Part shown: positions 40,301 through 53,600 of the stretch, one piece after another
Layout: the number at the start of each line of letters is the position of its first letter
Position numbering within the stretch: the first letter of the stretch is position 1
Assembly: GCA_046563655.1 (NCBI GenBank)
Contig: CM102285.1
Coordinates: 11,160,001-11,224,000 of the forward strand
Origin: Yuukianura sp. NJ FZ-2021
Taxonomy: Eukaryota
Direction of reading: 5' to 3'
DNA: 64,000 bases
Position numbers and translations under genes: made by a program
Notes under the pieces: model-generated
What the model was told of the DNA's origin: nothing
What the model saw: the letters and a program-made list of their open reading frames with translations, nothing else
Databases searched by the model: none

Positions 40301-43272
40301 TGCAGGGCACATCTATTCACGAAATTCATTTTCCCAATCCCACATGCGTCAGTTCACAACACCCTAATCGAAGTTTATGTCCAACGACATGGCTAACCCA
40401 AAACCAAAACCTGGATATGTTCAAATTACTTCTTTTTGAACAAAACAAACCAAAATTGTTGCAAAAATTACTGCCAAGTTTAGGATACATGCTTTTGAAA
40501 TCTTGAAATTGAAATATTTTGAAATGAAGTAACGCTGTAAGGTCATGTTTTGGAAGAAAGTACTACAGAAACCCTAGTTTACTAATTGAGAAAATTAGGC
40601 TAACCACTGTAAAGTACGTCTGTAAGAAACTGAAAAGCATGATTTGTTGAGGTGTGACTCATGTCCTATCTGATGGTGCGTCTACCTCTTGTGCCTACGT
40701 TTCCAAATGCCCTGTCCAAAAATCCATAGTCATCGTTATTAGAACCATTTCCAGTTCCTAAAGTCACGGGGGAAGACGAAGATTAAGATCAGAACTTTCC
40801 TTGGTTCTCTCACGTCATAAAGGAACCAAAATGAGCATAATCATAAAGTCAAGGCATCTTTATAAAGTCCTTTCCACGCTGTTTCTTAATCAGATCCTGC
40901 AGAACTAGTACAATGTTACAAAGGCTCCTTCAAGTGTTACAATGAAACAATTCCTAAGAAAATAGAAGAAAACACTGTCAAGTCCAATGGAACAGAGACA
41001 ACCAATTCCAAGGGATCCACTCACGAAGGCACTTAAGGCCACTTGCATTCCATTTCTCACGGTCATTGTTACTTTGAATATAAAAAATTCAGATGTGAAG
41101 ATTTTCACCACAGAAATTCAAATGTAATGGTCAATTCTAATTGGCCCTACAGTTCATTTTATTCAAAACTGGAAAACGAACGAACCAGTAGCAATTCCGA
41201 ACTTCACCTAAAATAAATTTAAAATTTCAAACTAAAATGAAAAACTTAATTGGCTACTACCACTAGCATCAACATGAAAAAAATTTTGGACAAAAAAGTT
41301 ACAATTTCAACACCAACTGTGTTTTCCTTTGAAATTATTCATAGTGAAAAACTGCACATTTGTGTAGTTTGTTGTAAAAAAAACTAATTTTCTTACTCGA
41401 GTATTTTAATTTTTTGTAAGTTTTCTGTTTCACTCCTAATTAGTTTAATTGCTACAATTAAAACTTCATTTTACGTGAAGTTAAATAGAATTTTTCAAAT
41501 ACCGCAACTTTTCAAAATGTAGGATTTTGGTTCAAAGTTAGTTAGGATGGGAAACTGACACTGCTTGGGATAAGTTGCTCTTGAAAACTGTTGCATGTCT
41601 GAGGACTCTTGTGTTTTTGGATCGTAATTACAGAAGAGCCTAGTGGTAAGTTTTCTTGAACTTTGAAGGATAAAATTATAAGGTAGAGCACATTAACATG
41701 AAAAATATTGTCTTCAATTTCAAAAAAGAAGAAGAAGGTTAAGTTTAAAACATGTTAAGGTTAGGTCCAAGGGAGTTTTCTTAAGGCAGGTCGTGGGCAG
41801 CATTCACTCCGCCTGTCTCTGGGCCAAAGGTCATTCCTTTCCTCTCAAAATTTAACAGTTTTAACATGATTTTTTGGATTTTCTTCTTTTTTGAAACAGT
41901 CATGCCTCAAATTTTTGAAAACGTGTAATTTTGGAACGCATCCTTGTTTAGAGTGGTGCCACCAAGGAGAGCTCTGTGTCATGTTCTCAAGACGTTATAA
42001 CTGGAGTGCCTAAGGGTACTGATACGCAGTGTACGAGATTCTCTCCAGCGCTGGTGAACTAAAGCGCTTTTCAAAACTTGTGTACGTTTTTACCAAAGAA
42101 AAATCTGAGGAAAGTGTAAAACAGTTTTGATCTGAGCTCAATTCGTATGTCGAAAATCGCCCAAAAATCCCGGAACTGTACAATTTTTTAGTATTTTTTA
42201 ACGTTTCGTACGCATTTTGAAAACGGTAAAACTTTAAATTCAAAGGCAACTGAAAATCCAACGGGAAACATCGCCTTTCGAAATTACAGCAATTTTTTGC
42301 GTTGAAAAAATTTAAGAAAAGGTGGATGCACTACGGCATCTACGAGCATAGTCGTTCCAGAACCCACAGACAGAATGTTCCATTGTCTTAAAAACGTAAC
42401 CTATAATTTTCTTTGGGAAAAAACTCAATAATTTAATGGTTCATCGGAAATATATTTCCAGGGATAACATCTCTCCAACCTTAAGTCGCTACTTTTACAG
42501 ATCACAAAGAGTTCATCTTCCAGAACCACCGATACTACACTAACTTAACACATACGGTTAATGGTACTAAACACAAAGGTAGAAATGTGTCAGTTGGTTA
42601 AGCTTCATACAAAAAGGAAATCGTTTCAAAAGTTACACAATTCAAAATTTTGGATTTCGAAAAAAAAAGTCTAAACCAAATTCATCCTGAACAACGAAAC
42701 ATGAAAGAGGAAAAGTAAAATTAAAAGTTTCAGTTTTCGAACATTTATTTTTTGCACAGAAAGAACAATAGAAGCAAGCACAACAGAACTGAATCCAACA
42801 ATTTAATTTTCTGCACGCAATAAATTTTCCACACTTCTTGGTTTTCATCAAATCAAGTAATTGGTGTATACAGTTTTATGGGAATAAACAGGGAAGAACA
42901 AAAAAAGTTCAGGGAGGAGGCGATGATCATTTTGAATGATAAAGAAATACTAAGTTAAGAAAGACATGATTCTTGCGCGTAGGTGGAATTCTCTAACATC
43001 AGCCATTTTCTGCAGAACTTTAAACTAACATCCTTAACTGCTGAATTCAGAAACAAAACGAAGGATTTCATGTCATTGTGCCAAAGGTTTCTAGCCATTT
43101 TAGGAATATCTGAACAAGGAAGCGACGGAAACTTTGGTTTTTGCATTTGTCTCACGCTCTCTGCCTTCTTCAAACAAGTGGGAAGATGAAGATGAAGATT
43201 TTGTTATGGTGAGATCAAAGGCCAAATTAGCCACACCATTAAAAAAGCGTAAATTTACTTGCTCATTTTTTC

Positions 43273-44027
43273 AAGAAATTTGGGGACAAAGTAAAAAGAA
43301 ATACCTCAAACCAATGGAAAAAGTGATAAGATCTGCAGGGAGATTCACTTTAAGCGTCAAAAAGTTCGATCATGTCAAGCTAGAAATTACTAAGAAGTTA
43401 CAATGGCTATTCCCTAAGCATCTAACCGATTACCGGCGTCTACTTCTAGCAAAAGGAATAGTTGCTATGAATTGTCCAAAATACTTCGAGGGGTACTTCG
43501 ACGAGATAGAATCACGCAAAAAGAAAATTGTCACCAGAAAACATACACACACCATCGTCATGTCAAACAGCGCTAATCATCCGCTTTCCTTCAAAACCTC
43601 TGCAGTCAGCAAATGGGAAGACTTACCAGAAGATCTCAAAAATGAAGCGAACTCGCATAAGTTCAAAGTAAAGATTAAGAAGTACTTCCTCACAAAACAG
43701 GAAATGGAAGCGGAAGCTAAGAAAATTCAGACGATCATCACCTCTCAGAGCAAGATTAAAAGCAATTACAATAAACAATAATTTTATACCTAGATAATTC
43801 GTAAACATACAACTACATTCTCATACCTCATAGCATTTATAACTCAATTTATCTTAACAAACACACCCGAAAACCAGCAATTTTAAACTAGTACACATAA
43901 TTTTTCTTAACCATCACCCGATAACAGTAGCAACGTAATAATCTCATAATTTTGTAAAACATTTATTCCGAAAAACCTGCGCATTTAGTAGGAGAATAAA
44001 TTATTGAATTGAATTGAATTGAAGAAA
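43273..44027 (+). mobile_element. 5'-truncated non-LTR retrotransposon (LINE, CR1/L2/Jockey-like): C-terminal part of ORF2, 3' UTR and simple-repeat tail
   Basis: Open frame to 43781 reading IWGQS...LQWL...CPKYF...SFKTSAVSKWEDLPEDLKNEANSHKFKVKIKKYFL, matching the W-x-x-LP...FK-x-x-(L/I)K pattern at the end of LINE ORF2. AATAAA at 43995-44000 is followed by (TTGAA)4 at 44004-44023. Possible TSD AAGAAA at 43273-43278 and 44022-44027. Confidence 0.8.
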
Positions 44028-45817
44028 CAAGCCGTTAGGAGAATCAAAACGTTTCCAAAAGTCAATTTCATGGTAAACCTACAAAATTGTGAGATTTCAA
44101 AATTCTAGGAAAGACAAAATCCGCAAAAATTATTGCCAAAATGTGTCCCGGTCAAATATTTTCAGAAACCAGGGAATAGAATACGAACTTCTCAAAACAG
44201 TTTTGATCGTTCATTTAAGGGAGGTTAACCAAGAAAACCAGAGAAACTTACTTCCAAATGTGATCCGTTTCCATTTGCTTTACGATCCATGATAAGTGAA
44301 AGCAACTTTCCCTTTTGAAAAAAGTTACCACAGAAATCTGAAGACACTCAAAAATAATTCCCACACAAATTTTTAAGAGTAATTTGCAAAAATTAAAGTT
44401 ACTCTACATTATTGCACTCCCATAATTGCATTTATTGCACTTCTGTGGACTTCGATAGTTTGTTGTTCACCGAAAAGAAAACTTCAACTTAAAATTCCGT
44501 TGACTTCTGGTGAAAGTCAGAAATAAAGTGAAAGTCACCCAGCAACTTTGAATTTAGAGAAATTCTAAACGACACCAAAGAATGAAAATCACTTCAAATT
44601 TTTTCCCTCAAAGAATCGATTGTAAACGGCACACTACACTTTTCTCCAAGGCTAAATTTTTGGAATCCAATTTCAAAAAATTGCTGACTAGTGAGGCCCC
44701 AATTTTAGTTTCAAAAAACTTTTTGCACCGAATTTTAAATTTGTGAATATTGTTCATTCAGTTTAGAACTATTGAGGGAGGCCACTTTATCCAAGTGATG
44801 TTCCCGAGAAGAAGAACAATGGGAGACTGTGTAATCCAAAAGGACAGCTGATATTAAATTTTGGAAATTTTTTTTCTGCCTTGCTTTTTTTCACGTAATG
44901 GAGACGAAATTATAGGCTTTGGTCAACCAGCGCATAAGGGGAACCTGGGCTTCATAAAAAAAAGAAGGATGAACAGAACATAACATACGCTGCTGTTCCT
45001 TTAAAAGCTAAACTCCGTGGCTAAAGTCATGAAGAAATTGATGGTGGTTTCTCTGCATAACCTTAATTTTCTTTGCTTCACAATGAATACTTAAAATCCC
45101 TTTGTTTCTTCACAAGAACTTAAAACTTATAAGCAAAAGTCATAGACAAAAGTGTAGGATGGAATTGGTCATAATTGGCAAACTGACAACAGGCAACAGG
45201 ATTCTCATATCCAACAACTAATCACTTCAAAACCTTCAAAAATTTGCAAAACTTGGAAATTTTGACGAGTCGGAGGAAACCCTAGACGAGTTTTTAAAGA
45301 GTTCTGACGTTTGCGAATTAAAATTGCTCCAAATTATGCGCAGAATTCAGAAACCAACAGGACATGAAAATTGTTCCTCTCTGTGCCAAAAATTTGCACA
45401 AAAAAAAGCGAATCCAAAAGTGACTGTAGCATGTCAAGGCAAGAATTGCGGATCCTTTGATATTTTGGCCATGAAATTGGCAAATCCGTCCTGAGTTTCA
45501 TTTTAGCACGCGATTTTTTAATTAAAGTTTTCTACTCATTCAAAAAATGCTTTTGTTAACAAAGATTGTCACATTTGGGGCAAAGTTTTGTTTCAGAAGC
45601 CTTTTATTCTCAAATTAACTAAACTAACATTTAGTTAATTAAATTAACTAAGTGCGGATTGTCTCATTCTGTACAAAAAAGTACAAAACATTTTAGGAAC
45701 TTAACAAAAGGAACGTTAACGATTTTCAACTTTTCTTTGACTTTTTGACATTTGAGTATTTCCCAAATGTGAAAAGCACAAAAATGATTGACAGTTTTTG
45801 AGCCTCCGTTTTTATTG

Positions 45818-47665
45818 CTAGTAGAAAGTGGGGTAAGGGTACTGGTAGTGGTGATGTTCTTGTTGTTGAAATGAAGGGAAATGATGATTTGAAGTCATTG
45901 ATGACATCAAGTTGAAGTTGGTTGAAGTGTTACCGAAAGCAGTGTTAGAAGTGGCAGAAAAATTTGAACTTGGTGTCCCTTCGTTTCCACCTTGTTGATG
46001 AAGTGTACTGTAAAAATTTGGAAAATGGGCCGAAGATGAGCTACTGCTGCCAAAAGTGACATTAGCAGGAGGGCCCTTGACAGGTGACCCAACTTCGGAC
46101 GAGTCGTCCGAGTCCGAAGAAGCAGAAGACTGGGACGAAGGGGACAGGGGACTTGACATGATTGAAGACGACGGAGGTGACAGAGAACGACCTGTAGTTG
46201 ACGTGACTTCGTCCAGAGTCAATTCAGATTTTGGAAGGGTCCTGTCACTCAAGGGCTCCTTTGAATTATTCGTCTGCTTCTTCACTCCATTGTTTCCATT
46301 GTGCGTTTTGATGTGTTTTGAGAGATGGTCAGATCGCATGAATCGTTTAGTGCATACTGGACAGACAAACCGTTTTTCTCCAGTATGAGTTCGGATGTGA
46401 CGCTGCAGTTCGTCGGAACGTGTAAACTTTTTTAAACAGTACAACCAGCGACACAAAAATGGCTTTTCTCCGGTATGTCCTCGGATATGGGCTTTCAAAT
46501 GTGATGTTTTCCCATAAATCTAAACAAAAAAATATTGATTGTAAATTCTTAATTAAAGTAATTGTAGCTTTAATTTTCAAAAGGAAAGTTATAATTACCT
46601 TTCCACAACCAATGATGTGACATATATGCTGTCTTTTCTTTTTCTTTTCACCTTCCACTGCAAGAAACAAAACAAAATTTTTGAGTATAAGCACAAGACG
46701 ATTGTAACTTGTATAATTGCTTCAATTTTCGACAAAAAAGCCTACAATTGTACATTTACATTTATGTGCCTTTCTCCAAATTATGATTTGCAGTTTTGGA
46801 ATCATGGGCGTAGTGAATGCAAAAGGAAAAAAAATCCGCAACTGTCATAACTTAAATTTCTTTCCCATTTTTTGTGATGTTAATTCTTTTACAATTCTTT
46901 GGAGTTTCAGCAGTAATTACACAATTTCAACACAACATGTAATTATTTTTGTCATTTTTGTCAAAAGCACATAAGGTAAGGTGAACAAAAAAAGTTCGTT
47001 TCTTCAATAAGAAAGAATTAAAATTTAAACACCAGAAGTGGGTGGTTGAACAAAAGTAATTGCAGAAAATAACTTTGGTTTGTAAAATTATTATTTTCAA
47101 AAAATAATTTTTACCGTTAAGTGGTTGAATTCCTGAAAGACAATTTGGACATCGACATCTTCTGGATTTGCGTTGAATGGAAAGTGGAGATGCTGAGTGA
47201 AACTGTAGTGGATTCGGTGGAGAAAAGTAAGTTGATTGGGCTGATGATGACGATGGCGTCATTTGGACTGATGGTGGAGACAAGGACGGTGGGGGAGAAG
47301 GCCACCACTGGAAATGGTCTTTTTGTGACCCACCAGCCCCACCGCCAGCACATCCAGACCCCACTTGATTGTGAAAGTTCGTCATGTTGTAAAGTGAGGT
47401 GTGATATGGAGTCATCGTTGGTGAATGATAAGTTGGAAACTATAGAAAAAAAATGAAAAATTGTTACAAAATTGGCAAATATAGTGAAAGTTAAAATTTT
47501 AAATTGAGGTGACAGTGTCAAAGACATTGGTTTCAACGTAATTTTTGAAATTTTTTTTTCTCAGAAATAAGATGCAAATTACAAAATTTACAAAATTTTG
47601 CTTACCTGATGAGAAGACATGGAGCTGTACTGATGATGAAATCCATTCATGAATAGGCCATCCAT
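45818..47665 (-). CDS. Sp5/btd: Sp5/buttonhead-class zinc-finger transcription factor, 381 aa. Exons 47665-47606, 47439-47115, 46657-46599, 46519-45818.
   Basis: Btd box [10 protein letters not shown] of the Sp5/btd type. Three fingers: [73 protein letters not shown]. Long Ser-rich C-terminal tail. GT-AG introns with consistent phases (60+325+59+702 = 1146 nt). The Sp-family call is firm; the subfamily call is by motif. Confidence 0.88.
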
Positions 47666-50600
47666 TGTGTAATTAATTAGGAAGTGATGATTAATTGAAT
47701 CTTGATTAACTGAAGTTGCAGGCACCAATGTTCTTTCACTTTCACTTTAAATTATTGTCCTTAATTTTACTTTTTTGAAGCAATTAAAGTGCGACTGGAC
47801 CTTACAAATTCCAAGGGGCAACTGATTTTTTCCAATAACGAGAAAACGGGGGACTTCAAAATCAATTTCAGACTCCCACAAGTGAAGTGACCCTTGGAAC
47901 TTTTAAAAGTTCCCGAATAGCAGAGTCCTTAAGGGTACCCCTTAGCGTCCTTAGCCTTACAAGTACTTTGTGCTAGTAGGATGAAGGAACAGAGAGTGAC
48001 AAAACATTTTCTGTTGGACATGACCAACCCTAAGGTAGTAAGAAGCGTCTTCTTAAAGCATATGTTTTGAGTTACACCCTTTGTATGACATTGGGGCAGG
48101 GAAAGGCGGGTTCTGGATGGAAATTGACTATATTTTGGAACTATTTCCCTTAAGTCCCTTAAGTGTCTCATGAGGAGTCGGATTAAGGGCTTTTGCCTCC
48201 TCAATGGAGAACTCACTGCCCGGATTAGACTCTTTGACAAAGGGCCCTTCAGTGACAATAATCTTTTAAGTACTCGAGGATTAGAAAAGCTGAAAATGTT
48301 AGTTTAACACTAAACAATCAAGTTTTTTGCTATTTTGACACTAGAGAGAACTCAAGGGCCCTCAGAAGTGCTTTTGAGCTAAATGAATCAATTAAGCTCA
48401 CAGTTCTGAGTACTGTCAATTGAGTCAGGGCTCAAATGAAGATGTTTTTGTTTTTCAGGTGAAAGTGGGGGAGTTAAGGGCTCCTAATGATGGGAACTAG
48501 ACGGCATGACACCAAAACCAATTGAAAAGTGAGGGAGCCCACACGGACTGAAAGGTGGAGATGACTGATTAGAGGGGACTTGAAGTTTGTTTTAATATTT
48601 TGGGGTGTAGGATTAAGGGCCCCCTTAAACACACGCTTTTTGATTGTTTTCCTACTACAGGGAAGTTCTGTTTTGCTCAAATTTTTGACAGCTTGCAATT
48701 AATAATATGTTCAGAGTCTCCGCTTTTTTGAAATAGGAAGCCGCTTACGTCAAGAAAAACGACAGATACAAATGGCCCTTAAGTCTGGTCAGTCATTCAT
48801 GGCCAAAAAATTTCGAAAAAAAAATTCTAGAAAAAAATTGGTCCTGACTTGTTCAAAATTTGTTGAAATGTTTTGTATAAATAAATTTTAAAGGTGATTG
48901 AAAATTTCATTGTCAGATTTTGAAAATATAGGCTCAACTTTTATCGTATTATTTGCTTCTCCCACGCTTGAAAACACAATTTCAAAATACAAACAAGAAA
49001 GAACATAAAAATCGAAATTTTGAAGGAGGTTTTCTATTATTGAAAAACTTGAAAGTTTTTCATTCAGAAAAGTGTACGAGTGACTCCTCCGTGTTCAAAA
49101 GAAGCCTTTGTACTAAAAGATCTTCCAAAAACTACTTATTTGATCAGTACTTTCTTAATATTTTCGAATGAAATAAAAACATATTTCATAAACAGAATTC
49201 TCTGTACTATCCTCCAAGAAATGAATTGTAAATACAGAAGGTTTGAACTGACAGCTACAAGGAGTCTGACTTTTAGAATCCAACAGTTATTCATTCCTTT
49301 CTCCCGTGTATTTTCCACAAGATTTCACCCAAAGGGACCCTTACAATCTGAATTCGGTTTGAATTTGGCACCTTTCGAAGTCTTGGCTTCGGAGGGGGTC
49401 ACTTTTGACTCCAAAAAATGCAGTCATTACATTCAACAATGCAATAAGGGACCCTGACCAAGCACCCTTCGCCCTTTGCACCTCTCTCGATTCATTTATC
49501 AAGCAACAATGTCCATTGTGATACAATTTGTGTGGGTGAATTGGTCGAATTTTGAAGTTACGCGGGATCTAGATCTACGCAATACGTTAGAAACAGATTT
49601 TTAAGCTACGTTTGTGTAAAAATTCCTGAAAAAGAAAATCAAAATATCTTGCAGATCAAAGTCATACTCAACATAACGCTTCAATTTACACTTTAGGGAA
49701 AGCGTTCCAAAGCACCTAACAGTCCTTTCTAGTACGCTTGTGAGTTACAGAACTTTAGCAACTGGAGTCGAAGCATTTACAATTTTCAAAATTTCAATCA
49801 GCGAAAAACCCAATCTTTCAAAAAAAAAACTAGAGAGAAAGTTTTCAAAATTGTCCAATCCACAACGAACCCATAATCAAAATCTGAAATTTCAGTAAAA
49901 CTTTTCAGATTTTCGTAAAATTTCAGTTTGTCGGCAAAAGAACAAAACGGCTAACCGCTTTTTCCAGTCAAAGAAGAAGGTGACATTTTCGTCTCCTCGA
50001 ATGTCAGTTAACGATATTTACCCAAAAAGTCTTAGAACTTGGCAATTTTCTTAAAAGCAACTCACCGCTTTCTTTCGTTCTTTGAAACAGTAAAGGCTAA
50101 AAGTTAAACCGTAGCGGAGACCCCTTAGGAAGAAGGTCACATTCGAACAGGTTTGACTTTTCCCTTTGACCCGAACCCTCAAAAGTCAAAAAGTCATTGA
50201 AAATGGGTTCCGTTTCCTTTGGTTTCGGTTGTCAAAGTTAGGAGGGGGTCTCCCTTCAAACTTAAAACTCCCTCACTTAACAGGCACCCTTCACTGGAAC
50301 TATAGTCGTAGTAAAGGGCCCACAAATTTTCAAAAAATCTGAACAAAAGTGTTCGAAAGCATGGTTCAAACGGGCCATCAACGTCTCCAAGGGGTCCCTC
50401 ATAAACGACACAATTGTTCTGGAAGTCTCCGTTTTTTGGTAGAATTGAATGATACTGATGACGAGAGGGAGACGCGCAATAAGTATATTTCGTTTCAGGA
50501 CATTCGAATGTGGGAAAACAGTATCCCTGAAACACATCTTTTCTTAAGAATCGCTTCTCAGAAACTTACCGACACTTTAGAAATGGTTCAAACGAAAAAG

Positions 50601-53600
50601 TTTTCTCTTTTTAAAATTTTTTGAAAACTGGATTCTCCTTCAATGCTTTCAAATTACAGTTTATCTTGTTTCCAGCATCTACCTATTCCATATTTTGGAT
50701 TCGAAACTTGTTCTAACCGATTTCTAAGAAATTTGAAGTGTAGAGCAGATCTAAGCATTACTACGATGGATCTCTAACCCTAAAATTCAGGCCTTCATGC
50801 ACCTCCGAAAGAGTTTTGACTATGAAGTATGAACTTTCTTTCAAAAATGGAAGAATTTGGAACTGAATCTTATCAATTTTGAAAATCAAAGACGGCTTGT
50901 TCTGTTTACTTGTTCAAATACAGCTGGTTCAAAGGAAAATGTCACCGGTGCAAAAAGTGCCGTTCGACACTCGATGTCACCGAAAGCTCCTCCATTCCTT
51001 CCGGTTTTGAATGTCCAAAACCAATTGCCTCTGCCTCATTTTAAACGAAAAGTGTAAACAGGAACTTTCAAACCCTTTGTTGACATTTCAGTGATGATGG
51101 AACCTACAGCGGCGCTGATTACTTTTGTCACATCGACTTTGAACAACACAAATTCTGTAGCCAAAAGGTTGGAGGTCACTGCTTCACCGGCAGGAAAAAC
51201 CTTTCACGGTTTTTAAAATTCTGCAAGAAGCAGAAGCTATTAAACTGTCAGTAACCAAAATCCTCCAGCAAATAATAGCCAAAATGGACAAGGATTTGAA
51301 GAAAACAATAGATTTGTGAAAAAAGGACAGAGGGAATAAGGGGGCCATAAAATAAGAGGACTTAAGGCTCATAAATTGCTCACTCTTCGGTCCAATTCAC
51401 TCTTCAATATAATTTGAAGGGGCCCTTCGTTCAGAAACCAAGACATAACGATCCTAATTATTGACTGCTTGGCAAAGGCCCTTAAACTGGCTGTTTAGGT
51501 TATTTTTGCAGTTTTAGAAGTTTAGAGTTTTAAGAAGAAGCGTAGGAGGATGATTGGCATGTCGTATTTTATGTCTTTGACGACACAATAAATGCCTACT
51601 TAACAATGACAATGGGACATGCTGTAAAAGTATCTCTCTTAAGGGACGGCCATATACATGAACAATCATCTTTAGTACTTTAAGGACCGTGGGAACTTTT
51701 CTGACGAAAAATCCCATTCTTACCGAAATTACTCCAAAAATACAAAGACCAAAAAATTTGTTGGTTTTTCACCAACAAATTTGGAAGAAAAAAATTGCTA
51801 CAGGCAATAGAACGAAAAGTGGTTAATGGAATTAGTTAGGAACTCATTGCCGATTTGTACAAGTCATTCCTCATTCGTATTGAAAAATCCGAAAAAGTTT
51901 TAAGCAAAGGATTAAGTATTAAGTTTACAAAACTTAGCTAAAACCAAAAAGTTGTGAAGAATATAACCAATATTGACAAAGTTAGTGAAACGGAGTTCAG
52001 ATTTTAACTTGGAAAATTTCAAATCTAAACGGAGACGAAAATTTTTGTCTTTAGGTGACTTTTACTTTTTCGTTCTGAAATCTGAGAAGTTTCTACTTCT
52101 GGAGAATTGAACACGAGTCGAAATGTCAAAAAGTTCAAAAAGTTCATGAAACGTGAAATGTGACACTGAAAATAAGGAAACAACACCACATCTGACTGAC
52201 CAAACGCCGTGTGCTTAACACCCTTGAAAGCAACAAGAAGCTCAATTGACTCTCCGACTTTGACCCTACGCCGGCCCTTAAGGGCTCGGGTCACTTCGTC
52301 CACTTAAATCCGGAAGAGAAATTGTTTCAGTTTGACACTTTTTGCCATGTGCCCGCTCCAAGCACTTTGACAGTTTTTCGGTCTTTTCCAACTTTAGAAA
52401 AAGTACTAGAAGTTCAAAAATTAAGAGACGCTTGCTACGCTTTCTGCATCATTGACACATAAGGGGTCACACACACATGGGACAGACCTTGCGGGTACTA
52501 ACATTTTGAAACTCCGCCTCCAAAACTTCATTTCAATTATTTCTAAAGTTTCGCTTCCGGATTTACTGCCAACCGTTCATTACAGTGCCAAATGGAATGA
52601 CCCCCGAGGGGGTCAGACGTGACGCAGCATTGTGTCTGGTACTGAAAATTCAAATTTCTGACAATTTCACAATTTTGGAATTGTGTGACCCTACAAAGCC
52701 CTAGGGTGACCCAGAACTGCTTCGCAAGCGTTTTTCTGGATCATCATGTGTGGTAAACTGTTGATGACTTCTTTTTGCCTATTGGTCGACTGTCACTATC
52801 TAAGGTATGAAATTATGACAGAGTGCGTTTAATTTCTCCCGGAGGGACACTTAAGCTTGGAAATCCGGATTTCAAACATGACTATTTTTTTCGATCCTTC
52901 CTGAATCCTAGGCTAGCCCTGCTAAAACGCATGAAAGAAAAAGCAATTCCACCTCAAACTTTGGTTTGTTTGAAAGATCAATCACAGTATTCAAAACTTC
53001 AGTAACTATTCTTTTTCAAAAATCTCGACACCCAAGTGCTAAATGAGTTATCCCGTATTTTGTGGAAGGACTTTAGAACAAGGTATTCAACATGGCATGT
53101 TCAAAACGTCTCCTGCAAAGTGTACAAACACCCACATCGACTTGTGTGGCCCTTAGATTATGGTTGTTTCCCAAGAAGTCGTGGTCAACTTTTCGGTTGA
53201 CCTCTTGCTGAGGTACTGAAATGGAACTTAAATTTATGAGTTTTTGAACAAAATTTTCAACAACACACTAGTTGCATTTCAAGTCAAAATTTTCAACAGC
53301 AAAACAGTTTGAAAAATACGAAATCTTAACGAAAATTCGAAAATTGAAGAAACTTTTTAAAACATCCAACAAAATTCGATGCATAACTTGCGTGCCACGT
53401 AACACTAAAGTGAGTTTAATTTTGAAATTTTACTACACTTGAATTTGCTTTTCTTTCGAGTGGAGCTGACCCTAAGCAAAACTTTCAAAATTTGAACCTA
53501 CGAAACACCAAATTTGGAAAAACTTCTGAGAAAACTAATTCCTGTGAAATCTTCTAAAATAACGGGATGAGCATTTACGAAATTTCAGGTTAGTACATTG

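Noticed and set aside
42010..42360. Possible MITE beginning TAAGGGTACTGATACGC
   Set aside because: No matching inverted terminus or target-site duplication was found by eye.
46056..46388. Plus-strand ORFs antisense to Sp exons (also 19336-19524, 22280-22483, 47121-47456)
   Set aside because: Shadow frames of the real minus-strand coding exons.
5860..46815. Scattered GGGCGT/ACGCCC Sp/KLF boxes as evidence of autoregulation
   Set aside because: The handful seen over tens of kb is about what chance would give, with no clear clustering except the pair near 33940-33967.
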